DNA of 64,000 nt from Desulfatiglans sp. (GTDB lineage: Bacteria; Desulfobacterota; DSM-4660; Desulfatiglandales; HGW-15), in contig JAAZBV010000128.1 of the NCBI GenBank assembly GCA_012513605.1, forward strand, positions 605 through 64,604. Reading direction: 5' to 3'. The notes under the pieces were generated by a model. It did not search any database and was not told the DNA's origin. It saw nothing but the letters and a program-made list of their open reading frames with translations. Shown here one piece after another: positions 45,218-54,130 of this stretch (its first letter is position 1; each line of letters begins with the position of its first letter). The position numbers were made by a program, and so were the translations under genes.

Positions 45218-46555
45218 ATGAAACCAAAGGCATTTATATATGTTTTTATATTAGCTTTAATTGGCATTGGAAAGGCGTGGGCTGGTGATGAAGGGCCTAC
45301 GCCTCTTACAAATAAGGAGGCCATCGATCTTGTGCAGACCCATGCAGATTATGTATGGACGTTGATTGCAGCAGCGCTTGTATTTTTTATGCAGGCAGGG
45401 TTTGCGATGGTTGAAACCGGTATGACCAGGGCAAAGAATGCAATTAATATCATGATGAAAAATCTCATGGATTTTTCACTCGGTTCACTTGCATATTGGG
45501 CAATAGGTTTTGGACTCATGTTTGGTGTATCTGCTACAGGATGGATAGGCACCTCAGGCTTTTTTCTGAGTGACTATACCTCCGGAGGTGATCCCTGGGT
45601 TCTGGCCTTCTGGATGTTCCAGGTGGTGTTTGCAGCAACTGCAGCAACTATTGTTTCAGGAGCAATGGCAGAGAGGACAAAGTTTTCTTCATATATGATA
45701 TACAGTGTTGCAATAAGCGCGATTATTTATCCGATATTTGGAGGCTGGGCATGGGGTAGCCTGTTTAATGGCAGTGGATGGCTTGAAAAGCTGGGATTTA
45801 TAGATTTTGCAGGTTCAACAGTTGTTCACTCGGTTGGTGGCTGGGCAGCACTTGCTGGTGCCATAGTGCTTGGTCCTAGGCTTGGAAAGTATGATAAAAA
45901 TGGCAATATTAAGCCGATACTTGGTCATAATATGCCGCTTGCGGCGCTCGGTGTTTTCATCCTCTGGCTCGGTTGGTTTGGTTTTAACCCTGGTTCAACA
46001 ACAGCAGCCAATAAGGATATTGCTATGATATTTGTAAATACGAATCTGTCGGCAGCTGCAGGATGTACTGTCGCGATGTTTACCTCATGGATTAAATTTG
46101 GCAAACCTGAGGTTGGCATGAGTCTTAACGGCGCACTCGCAGGTCTTGTGGCAATTACGAGCCCGTGTGCAACTGTAACACCCACAAGTTCAATAATAAT
46201 AGGCGCTGTTGCAGGTGTGCTTGTTGTATTCTCAGTGCTGTTCTTTGACAAGATAAAAATTGATGACCCGGTTGGCGCCATTTCGGTTCATGGAGTAAAC
46301 GGGGCCTGGGGAACTCTTGCAGCAGCTCTTTTCCATATAGATGGATTTTCTTTAAAGGTGGTTGGTGTTCAGCTTTTAGGCATAGGCTCATGTTTTATAT
46401 GGACTTTTGTCCTGGCATTTATACTCTTCAAGATTATATCAAAGACCATTGGTCTGAGGGTAAGTCCGCAGGAAGAGGCAGAGGGCCTGGATTTTGCTGA
46501 GCATGGTGGTAATGCATATCCTGACTTTGAAACCTCATCATACACTCAGCAATAA
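45218..46555 (+). CDS. amt: Ammonium transporter (Amt family)
   Basis: 445 aa. Signal peptide. The motifs FMQAGFAMVETG, VHSVGGWAALAGAIVLGPR and ISVHGVNGAWGTL are typical of AmtB. Confidence 0.95.
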   Translation: MKPKAFIYVFILALIGIGKAWAGDEGPTPLTNKEAIDLVQTHADYVWTLIAAALVFFMQAGFAMVETGMTRAKNAINIMMKNLMDFSLGSLAYWAIGFGLMFGVSATGWIGTSGFFLSDYTSGGDPWVLAFWMFQVVFAATAATIVSGAMAERTKFSSYMIYSVAISAIIYPIFGGWAWGSLFNGSGWLEKLGFIDFAGSTVVHSVGGWAALAGAIVLGPRLGKYDKNGNIKPILGHNMPLAALGVFILWLGWFGFNPGSTTAANKDIAMIFVNTNLSAAAGCTVAMFTSWIKFGKPEVGMSLNGALAGLVAITSPCATVTPTSSIIIGAVAGVLVVFSVLFFDKIKIDDPVGAISVHGVNGAWGTLAAALFHIDGFSLKVVGVQLLGIGSCFIWTFVLAFILFKIISKTIGLRVSPQEEAEGLDFAEHGGNAYPDFETSSYTQQ

Positions 46556-46627
46556 AAGGTAATTGGCTTAAAAATAAAATAAAAGAGTGTGCGAAATGCA
46601 CACTCTAAACTTAAAAAAGGAGAAAAA

Positions 46628-47362
46628 ATGAAAAAGAATTTTGTTAAACAACTGGTTATTATAACGCTCTTTTCGCTTACAGCGGCAGTTTCACCATCAT
46701 GGGCAGGGGAAGAATCACCCGTATCAGCCTCTGCTGATGTTTCTGCACTTTCACAATATGTCTGGCGTGGTTACGCATTAAGCGATGACAGTATCGTGAT
46801 GCAACCCTCTGTGACTGTTTCATATAAGGGCTTCAGTTTTAATCTCTGGGGAAATCTGGATACAGATGATCCGTTTGATGATGATACCTCATTTAATGAG
46901 ACTGACATGACATTATCTTATGATTGGTCATTTGATAAATTCAGTATCAGTACCGGTTACATCTATTATGCCCTTGAAGGAGAGGATACACAGGAAATAT
47001 ACCTGTCATTGGGGCTGGATACCATTTTTTCACCCTCATTAACCGTGTATAAGGTCATTGATGCATTTCCAGGATGGTATTTTAACCTGGGTATAGGCCA
47101 TTCTATTGCCTTTACAGATAATCTGGCACTGGACCTTGGCGCATCCGTGGGCTATTATGATTCAGACGGCTACAGTGAACTGCATGATGGCACAATTTCT
47201 GCGTCAATGACCTTTGCTGTTAATGACTATATCAGCATAACGCCTAATGCAGCATATACTTTTGCTCTAACAAGTGAATCTAAAGACAATATAAGGGGTG
47301 GAAGCTGGGATGGTGATGATAATCATTTTTATGGCGGATTGACATTCTCTATTGCCTTTTAA
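46628..47362 (+). CDS. Outer-membrane beta-barrel protein, TorF/Gcw_chp-like putative porin
   Basis: Start at MKKNFVKQLV (AAGGAG RBS). Signal peptide ending SWAGE. YVWRGYALSDDSIVMQPSVTVSYKGFSFNLWGN, alternating beta pattern, and a C-terminal aromatic residue (SIAF). Confidence 0.6.
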   Translation: MKKNFVKQLVIITLFSLTAAVSPSWAGEESPVSASADVSALSQYVWRGYALSDDSIVMQPSVTVSYKGFSFNLWGNLDTDDPFDDDTSFNETDMTLSYDWSFDKFSISTGYIYYALEGEDTQEIYLSLGLDTIFSPSLTVYKVIDAFPGWYFNLGIGHSIAFTDNLALDLGASVGYYDSDGYSELHDGTISASMTFAVNDYISITPNAAYTFALTSESKDNIRGGSWDGDDNHFYGGLTFSIAF

Positions 47363-47380
47363 AAGGCTGATTTAGTATAT

Positions 47381-47425
47381 AACAACCCCTCCTGATTGTA
47401 TTCAGGAGGGGTTGTTTATTTTTAT
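47381..47425 (+). terminator. Rho-independent terminator ending the glnK-amt-porin operon
   Basis: 15-bp stem aacaacccctcctga/tcaggaggggttgtt, followed by tatttttat. Confidence 0.75.
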
Positions 47426-47540
47426 GATCCCTGGAGTTGAAAAAAAACCTGTTATTGGGTAACCTCAGTATGAGAATCATTTTGTTTCTATACAGGACAG
47501 GGCTTCTGCATTTATAATGGTAAGGAAATTAAAATAGGGT

Positions 47541-48245
47541 ATGGAGGGCATGGATAAGAGGCCGCAAAAAATAAGGGGCATGTTTGGGCGCATCTCAAAG
47601 AGATATGACCTCATGAACAGGCTCATCTCCCTTGGCCTTGATACCATGTGGCGCAGGTTCCTGATCAAAATGGCGCAGCTTCCTGACAGTGGTGCAGTTC
47701 TTGATGCTGGTGCAGGGACAGGTGATATCGCTATTGAGATAAAAAAAAGGAATCCTGTGCTAAAGGTGATTGCCGCTGACTTAACATATGAGATGATTAC
47801 TGTAGGGAAGAAAAGGAAGGCCGGTGACGAAATAGAGTGGTGCCAGGCAGATGCCTTGAAACTACCCTTTCCTGATGCCAGGTTTGATGCTGTTACATCC
47901 GGGTTTCTTGCCAGAAATGTTCCTGATATGGCTCTCATGTTCAGGGAGCAGTTGAGGGTGCTTAAGCCCGGAGGAAGACTTGTATGTCTGGATACAAGCC
48001 CTGTACCAGACAATATTTTTAAGCCGTTTGTGCTTTTATATTACAGGCTTTTAATCCCGCTCGTGGGGTCGCTGATTTCAGGAGAAAGGGATGCCTACAG
48101 ATACCTCCCTGAATCTACTATTAAGTTTATAATGCCTGATGAGCTGGTCATGATACTTGAAGGTGCAGGTCTTACAGATGTCAAATACAGGAAATTCATG
48201 TTTGGGAATATTGCGGTACACTGGGGTAAAAGGCCCTGTAATTGA
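47541..48245 (+). CDS. ubiE: Demethylmenaquinone/ubiquinone C-methyltransferase (UbiE/MenG family)
   Basis: FGRISKRYDLMNRLISLGLDTMWRR signature. SAM motif VLDAGAGTGD. Confidence 0.85.
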   Translation: MEGMDKRPQKIRGMFGRISKRYDLMNRLISLGLDTMWRRFLIKMAQLPDSGAVLDAGAGTGDIAIEIKKRNPVLKVIAADLTYEMITVGKKRKAGDEIEWCQADALKLPFPDARFDAVTSGFLARNVPDMALMFREQLRVLKPGGRLVCLDTSPVPDNIFKPFVLLYYRLLIPLVGSLISGERDAYRYLPESTIKFIMPDELVMILEGAGLTDVKYRKFMFGNIAVHWGKRPCN

Positions 48246-48266
48246 ACTTTTCTAACAGGAGTAAAT

Positions 48267-49004
48267 ATGCTTTCACTGGATGAGTTGAACCGATATGACC
48301 GGCAGATTATGGTGCCTGAGATAGGGCTGGAGGGCCAGGAAAAGATAAAGTCTTCAAGGGTCTTTATAGCGGGCGCTGGCGGGCTTGGTTCTCCTGTATC
48401 CCTGTATCTTGCTGCTGCGGGTGTGGGAACTTTGGTTATTGCTGATAATGACCGTGTTGAGATAACCAATCTCAACAGGCAGATTTTACACTGGCCAAGA
48501 AATATCGGCTCGAAAAAGGTTGAATCAGCCAGGGAAAAGATAAACTCATTCAATGAGCATACAAAGGTTGAGATTTTTGATGAAACAATAGATGATGATA
48601 ATATATCAGGCTTAACTAACGGTTGTGATGTTATTATCGATGCAATGGATAACATCGCGACAAGGTTTGTCCTGAACAGGGCAGCAATAAAAAGAAAAAT
48701 CCCTTTTATTCACGGGGCTGTAAGCGGTCTGGAGGGTAGGGTGACTACCATTATCCCTTTTAAAACCGCGTGTATCGGATGCATGTACAGGGCCGATACA
48801 AAACCAGGAAAATTTCCTGTTCTTGGTGTTACACCTGGAATAATAGGTATAATACAGGCTACAGAGGTTATTAAATACCTCACAGGCATGGGTGAGTTGC
48901 TCACAAACAGGCTCCTGATATATGATGGCATGGATCTCAGTTTCAGAGAATTTAAATTAAGCAGAAACCCTGAGTGCAGGGAATGTAATACTGGTAAGGT
49001 TTAA
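48267..49004 (+). CDS. ThiF/MoeB/HesA-family E1-like adenylyltransferase
   Basis: RYDRQIMVPEIGLEGQEKIKSSRVFIAGAGGLGSPVSLYLAAAGVG. Zn motifs CIGC and CREC. Confidence 0.85.
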   Translation: MLSLDELNRYDRQIMVPEIGLEGQEKIKSSRVFIAGAGGLGSPVSLYLAAAGVGTLVIADNDRVEITNLNRQILHWPRNIGSKKVESAREKINSFNEHTKVEIFDETIDDDNISGLTNGCDVIIDAMDNIATRFVLNRAAIKRKIPFIHGAVSGLEGRVTTIIPFKTACIGCMYRADTKPGKFPVLGVTPGIIGIIQATEVIKYLTGMGELLTNRLLIYDGMDLSFREFKLSRNPECRECNTGKV

Positions 49005-49008
49005 ATAT

Positions 49009-49281
49009 ATGGGTGTCTCAGTTCACCTTCACAGGGTCTTTCAGAAGTATTGCGGCAGTCTGGAAAAAATAGAGGTAAATGGCTCTACTGTGCAGGAATG
49101 CCTTCAGAATATAATTTTATTGTATCCTGAGTTTGAGAAGGCCATTTTTGTAGCAGAGGGTAAGCTGCACCCGCTTATTGAGGTATATGTGAATTCATCA
49201 AGCGCATATCCTGATGCCTTGAAAAAAGAGGTTTATGATGATGACAAAATATATATTATACATACACTCGCAGGCGGCTAA
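49009..49281 (+). CDS. MoaD/ThiS-family ubiquitin-like sulfur-carrier protein (copy 2)
   Basis: 90 aa ending in ...HTLAGG. Begins 4 nt after the E1-like gene. Aligns with 39437-39709 (VF..Y....V.G.TV.ECL....YP....EVY.N..S.Y...V.D.DKI). Confidence 0.7.
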   Translation: MGVSVHLHRVFQKYCGSLEKIEVNGSTVQECLQNIILLYPEFEKAIFVAEGKLHPLIEVYVNSSSAYPDALKKEVYDDDKIYIIHTLAGG

Positions 49282-49301
49282 GCCTGGGTGTTGTCAGAAA
49301 G

Positions 49302-50327
49302 TTGCAGGTTTTAAAAGTGATAAAAGAGTTGATCAGACCGTTTCCGGAAACAAGAAATATTACACCGATCCCGATACCCTTTAATGAGGTGCCTTATCTC
49401 CTTACAGCAAATATTTACGCCCTTGGTAAAGAGGAAATAACGCTTATTGATGCCGGCCCTGACATCCCCGGCGCCCTTCAATTCATAATGGATACCTTTA
49501 AAAGAGAGGGTCTCATATTTAACAACATCAACAGGATAATCCTGACACACGGTCATATGGACCATTTCGGTCTTGCCTCTGAAATTATAAAGCGGCTTGA
49601 TCATACTGTTGAGATATATATCCACCCTGAAGGGGTATGGAAGATATCCAGCGAATTTTTAAAAAATGAAATATGGGCTGATGAGCTTGATCTGCTTCAG
49701 CAGATGGCCGGGATACCTGATGATATCCTAAATGCAATGAAAAGGGGTATCAGAAAATATTACAGTATAGCAAAACCCATTGATGAACCGAAGGAGATGG
49801 CGGATGGCCATATATTTAAAGGTGAAGGCTACAGTCTCAGGGTGATTTTTACCCCGGGACATGATCCTGGTTTATGCTGCCTGTATGAATCTGAACAGAA
49901 GATACTCTTCAGCAGTGACCATATTATAAAAAATCTGACTCCAAAGCCTATACTGGCCTTAAGCCGTGACAGGATGATCGATAAAAACTACAAGGGGTTG
50001 ATTTATTATCTGAAATCCCTTGACCGGGTATCTGGATTGGATGTGAGGCACCTGTTCCCCGGTCATGGTGAGTATATTAGCGATATGAAGCCTGTTATAG
50101 GCATGTACAGGGTTCATTATAAAGAGAGGATGGAGCAGGTATTGAATGCAGTAAAGGATGAAGAGTTACCCGCATACAATATGGTAAGAAAGATATTTCC
50201 TAATGTTGAAAAGGCAGATGTCTTTATTGCACTCTCAGAGATATTCTCACATCTTGAGCTGCTTGAATCTGATAATAAGATTGAAATAAAAGGGCAGGAC
50301 TTTCCAATCATTTACAGGGCATTATAG
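49302..50327 (+). CDS. Metallo-beta-lactamase-fold hydrolase
   Basis: THGHMDHFG (HxHxDH) motif, with downstream TPGHDPG and PGHG. The start is uncertain (TTG at 49302 or GTG at 49316). Confidence 0.75.
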   Translation: MQVLKVIKELIRPFPETRNITPIPIPFNEVPYLLTANIYALGKEEITLIDAGPDIPGALQFIMDTFKREGLIFNNINRIILTHGHMDHFGLASEIIKRLDHTVEIYIHPEGVWKISSEFLKNEIWADELDLLQQMAGIPDDILNAMKRGIRKYYSIAKPIDEPKEMADGHIFKGEGYSLRVIFTPGHDPGLCCLYESEQKILFSSDHIIKNLTPKPILALSRDRMIDKNYKGLIYYLKSLDRVSGLDVRHLFPGHGEYISDMKPVIGMYRVHYKERMEQVLNAVKDEELPAYNMVRKIFPNVEKADVFIALSEIFSHLELLESDNKIEIKGQDFPIIYRAL

Positions 50328-50338
50328 GGTAATTATAA

Positions 50339-50390
50339 TAACTGACCCTCTGTCAGATATTATCTGACAAAGGGTCAGTTATCTTTTTTG
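50339..50390. terminator. Strong hairpin terminator between convergent genes
   Basis: 20-bp stem taactgaccctctgtcagat/atctgacaaagggtcagtta (1 mismatch), 3-nt loop, then tcttttttg on the plus strand. Confidence 0.75.
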
Positions 50391-50399
50391 AGGTACAGG

Positions 50400-51116
50400 T
50401 TATAATGTTAACTCTATTTTAGGATTATCCGAGTCAAGGATTTTATAACTCACCCTGCCCCCGCAGAATCTTTTTATCAGGTCAACCGCCTCAATGCATA
50501 TCCCCTCTGTTTCATCCCTTGTAACAGGAGGAAGGCCGTCAATGTTCATCTCAAAGGCGGTTGTTGCACTCTTTATGGATGTATGCTCTGCCTGTCTCCA
50601 GCTCCACCTCCTGACGAGGCAGTTTTTTCCTTCAGTAAAGATTATCTCACCAGGTTCTGTCTGTTCCGTGATATCGGCGCCAAATGGGGTAAAGGACTCT
50701 TCCCCTGTGGCTATTTTAAGTGAGATATCACCTTTAACAACATCTATTGCATGCGCACCTGCTGTAATAATATACTTAAGGCATAAGATGTTTCCAATAT
50801 CAACAACAGTGTTAATGGAGGGCAGTTCATTGCCGTTCAAGACCCTTCTCACCATCCCCTCAATGGATGACCTGAACTTGGCAGGCTTGGCACCGAAGAG
50901 CCGGTACGCCTCTCTCCAGGAGTTAATTCTCACGTGAGATGCAGGGTCATCAGCATTCACCTTGTTATTAAGTGCCTTTTCAGCATCTCTAAGCATGGAT
51001 ACCAGTTCTGCTGGTGAGCCAGTCACCTTGATATCAAATGCGAGCACCACACCCCGGCAGTATCCCGGAAACATCTCAAAGATACTGTTATCGATTGAAT
51101 AAAAAGGTTTACCCAT
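50400..51116 (-). CDS. B3/B4 tRNA-binding-domain protein (PheRS-beta B3/4-like)
   Basis: 238 aa. The assignment rests on remembered family resemblance (N-terminus ...FPGYCRGVVLA, NSWREAYRLFGAKP..FRSSIE) and is not motif-proof. Confidence 0.5.
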   Translation of the reverse strand: MGKPFYSIDNSIFEMFPGYCRGVVLAFDIKVTGSPAELVSMLRDAEKALNNKVNADDPASHVRINSWREAYRLFGAKPAKFRSSIEGMVRRVLNGNELPSINTVVDIGNILCLKYIITAGAHAIDVVKGDISLKIATGEESFTPFGADITEQTEPGEIIFTEGKNCLVRRWSWRQAEHTSIKSATTAFEMNIDGLPPVTRDETEGICIEAVDLIKRFCGGRVSYKILDSDNPKIELTL

Positions 51117-51910
51117 TATTTACCTCCCAATTTTTTATCAAGATATTCATTCGTAATCCTGTAGACTTGATCGGCCCTGTCAGACACTTCAGGAAGGGCC
51201 TCACGCAGCATCTCAAGGTATTTTCTTTCACGTATAATCTCAAGGCTGCGCCTGTAATTAAGGTCATAGACCCAACCCATCTGGTATAGCTTAAAGTCAT
51301 TTAATGACCTGAGATTATCTACCTGGGCTATTTGCCCGGATGTAAGAGGTTTAAAGACCTCATCAGAAATGGTCTCTGTATCAGGCAGATGCAATTCAAT
51401 TACCCTGTTGCTGCCACTAGCTGATGTCATATAATACTCGGTTACAACATAGAGGATATCAATCTTGTCTGCATCCCGTATCAGCTTTAAAAACTCTATA
51501 CTTTCCGGGCTGAATCCTGAGGGGATCGCAGGCATGTTATGGCACCCTACAGAACGTATGATTACCTCCCTGCATTCGGCTGGAAAATCCCTGAGAACAT
51601 CTTGTTCCCTGATAATCCTAACACCAAGGGCAGCATGGTTTTCCGATATTGAATCGGAAAATGTCCTGTATCTCCTGTATTGTTCAAATCTTCCGATATC
51701 ATGGAGAATAGCGCATGCCTCGGCTACTGACATATCTTCTTCATCAAGGGCAATGCTTTTTGCAATATCAATGATTGCCTCTCTTACACGTATGGTATGG
51801 TTTTTCTTCAGCTCTACATTGATGTCTGATTCCGAGTGACCGCTTATAAAGCCCTTTACATATTTTTCAAACCATGCTGTTAAATTCAGTAATGCTGTTT
51901 TTAAATCCAT
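51116..51910 (-). CDS. HD-domain phosphohydrolase family protein
   Basis: 264 aa. H...HDIGRFEQ metal-binding motif and a downstream DADKID. The stop TAA overlaps the ATG of the downstream gene (TAATG). Confidence 0.75.
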   Translation of the reverse strand: MDLKTALLNLTAWFEKYVKGFISGHSESDINVELKKNHTIRVREAIIDIAKSIALDEEDMSVAEACAILHDIGRFEQYRRYRTFSDSISENHAALGVRIIREQDVLRDFPAECREVIIRSVGCHNMPAIPSGFSPESIEFLKLIRDADKIDILYVVTEYYMTSASGSNRVIELHLPDTETISDEVFKPLTSGQIAQVDNLRSLNDFKLYQMGWVYDLNYRRSLEIIRERKYLEMLREALPEVSDRADQVYRITNEYLDKKLGGK

Positions 51911-52040
51911 TTTAATATTAAAATACCTTCTTCAATTGAGGACATGTATGAACCTGAAATATATTTATGTAATCTGCCATAAAAACAGGCTGCAAGGCAA
52001 GCTTTAGTATAAATTTGTGTAAGTACAAAACACAATTCTC

Positions 52041-52115
52041 ACCACGGAGAGCACGGAGAACACGGAGTAAAAAATTAAAAATTAATATCTCCGTGCTCTC
52101 CGTGTCCTCCGTGGT
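52041..52115. repeat. Inverted-repeat element built from three NNCACGGAG 9-mers per arm
   Basis: accacggagagcacggagaacacggag - 21-nt AT-rich loop - ctccgtgctctccgtgtcctccgtggt. A degenerate second copy lies at 37306-37366. Confidence 0.7.
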
Positions 52116-52192
52116 TAAGTATAACAATATATGTCATATTTCACTTTATTTATAAGAGAGTAATTATAGAGTCCAGGTGCAACTTTATCCTT

Positions 52193-52966
52193 TTATTCCC
52201 TGAGTTTGTAACCGCTTTTAAGAAGCATAAGTCCTGCAATGCTTATCAGGATAAAAAACAGGGTTGTTATGACAAGGCTCAGCAAGGGGTCTGTATCCGA
52301 AACCCCAAGGAACGCATATCTGAAACCATCCACCATGTAAAAGAACGGATTATAATAGGATACCTGTTTCCAGAAGTCAGGCAGTGTGTGTATTGAGAAG
52401 AAAACACCGCTCAAAAAGGATAATGGCAGTATGACAAAATTCTGAAATGCTGCGATGTGATCCCATTTTTCTGAACAGACTGCACCGATAAGCCCTAGTG
52501 CCCCAAGTATGCCGCAACCTAAAAAACTGAATGCAAGAACCAGGGGAATGTCATGTATCCATACTGTTTCAAAAAAGTAGGCTGTTATCCATACACCTGA
52601 GCCAACAAGGATTCCCCTTACAACACATGCTGCAACATAGGCGATATATATCTCCAGATCCGATAAAGGGGCGAGCAGCATAAATACAATATTTCTGTTC
52701 ATCTTTGACTGAAACAGGCTGGATGAGCTGTTTGCAAAGGCATTCTGGAGCATGGACATGATTATAAGCCCCGGAATAAGAAATGTTACATAGTGAACCC
52801 CTTTATACACCTCAAGCCTCTCTGTAAGCACCGAGGAGAATACAAGGAGATAGAGCAGTACTGTTACCACAGGGGTCAGTATGGTCTGTATGGATACCTT
52901 CAGGAACCGCCAGACCTCTTTCCAGAAGAGTGTAAATATCCCTCCCCAGTTAATCATTTTCAGCAC
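52193..52966 (-). CDS. ABC-2 type transporter permease (YadH-like)
   Basis: 257 aa with 6 TM segments. Overlaps the ATPase gene by 17 nt. Confidence 0.85.
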   Translation of the reverse strand: MLKMINWGGIFTLFWKEVWRFLKVSIQTILTPVVTVLLYLLVFSSVLTERLEVYKGVHYVTFLIPGLIIMSMLQNAFANSSSSLFQSKMNRNIVFMLLAPLSDLEIYIAYVAACVVRGILVGSGVWITAYFFETVWIHDIPLVLAFSFLGCGILGALGLIGAVCSEKWDHIAAFQNFVILPLSFLSGVFFSIHTLPDFWKQVSYYNPFFYMVDGFRYAFLGVSDTDPLLSLVITTLFFILISIAGLMLLKSGYKLRE

Positions 52967-53870
52967 CTGTCAGTTCTATGAACACCTCTTCAAGTCCCGG
53001 TTCTTTTGTCTGAAGGTCAATCAGGTTTACGCTGGCCCTGCGCAGTTCCTCAATGATCGCCCCTATTTTATCATTTTCTTTATGCAGCTTCAGACAGATA
53101 TCCCCGTTTTCCGAGGAGATTATCTTTTCCCTGATACCTTCAGGGATTTTTTTTGTACTGCTTTTTGCCAATCTAAGATTAAGGAACCTGTAGGGATATC
53201 GGTTGAGCAATTTCTCTTTCTCCTCTACTGCCTTGAGAATTCCATGGCTGAGTATCCCTATCATGTCACAGTTGGCCTCAGCCTCTTCAAGGTAGTGTGT
53301 TGTAAGAATAATGGTCTGCCCCTGTTTATTCAGTTCGCGAAAATACCTCCAGAGGCTTTTTCTAAGTTCCACATCCACACCTGCTGTGGGTTCATCAAGG
53401 ACTATAACCTCAGGCCTATGGACAAGCGCCTGTGCAATCAGGAGACGTCGTTTCATGCCGCCGGAGAGGTTCCCTATGTTCTCTGTTGCCTTATCTGATA
53501 GATCAAGGTGAAAGATGATCTCCTCTATCCATGCATGGTTAGATGAACCTAGTCCAAAGTAACCTGATTGCAGCCTGAGCATCTCCCGAACCGAAAAGAA
53601 GGGGTCATAGGCAAGCTCCTGTGGAACAACCCCGATGGTCTTTCTGGCCTTTCTCCATCTGCTCCTTACATTATAGCCCTTGACCTCTATATACCCTTTT
53701 GATGCCTTTGTGAGGCCCGCCATAATATTTATCAGGGTAGATTTTCCTGCGCCATTTGGCCCAAGAAGCCCGAAAAAACTGCCCTGTTCTATCTGGAAAT
53801 CTATATTCTCAAGCGCCTTCAGACTCCCGTAGGACTTTGATACACCTGAAACCTTAACAGCTGGTAACAT
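52950..53870 (-). CDS. ABC transporter ATP-binding protein (YadG-like, ABC-2 subfamily)
   Basis: Walker A GPNGAGKST. Signature LSGGMKRRL. Walker B VIVLDEPT. Confidence 0.9.
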   Translation of the reverse strand: MLPAVKVSGVSKSYGSLKALENIDFQIEQGSFFGLLGPNGAGKSTLINIMAGLTKASKGYIEVKGYNVRSRWRKARKTIGVVPQELAYDPFFSVREMLRLQSGYFGLGSSNHAWIEEIIFHLDLSDKATENIGNLSGGMKRRLLIAQALVHRPEVIVLDEPTAGVDVELRKSLWRYFRELNKQGQTIILTTHYLEEAEANCDMIGILSHGILKAVEEKEKLLNRYPYRFLNLRLAKSSTKKIPEGIREKIISSENGDICLKLHKENDKIGAIIEELRRASVNLIDLQTKEPGLEEVFIELTGAEND

Positions 53871-53954
53871 TATTTGAACCTGCTTCCTTAATTTTTTTCA
53901 ACTTTGCGACTCTAATAAAGTAATTAGAATCAGGCAACAGGAATTTAAACAGCA

Positions 53955-54036
53955 GGGTTCCAGAGGTCAAGGGTTCGAGTGAAAAACGTAGTCTAATGAA
54001 AATCTGCTTTCCTTGGACCCTGGACCCCTTGAACCC
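53955..54036. repeat. Inverted GGGTTCAAGG-type repeat pair
   Basis: gggttccagaggtcaagggttcgagtg (53955-53981) and ccttggaccctggaccccttgaaccc (54011-54036) are approximate reverse complements. Confidence 0.45.
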
Positions 54037-54130
54037 TTTATTTTTTTATAATTTCCTTCTTTCATATTTAACATATCTATGTTATTGTGCAGTTTTTATT
54101 TTTAAGGAATTATAATTGCAGGAGATGTAA

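Noticed and set aside
51918-52127. ORFs 51918-52127 and 37162-37362 in the track
   Set aside because: Both are created by the CACGGAG inverted-repeat elements (translations like TEDTESTE / LRVLRALRG). They have no RBS and no coding-like sequence outside the repeat.
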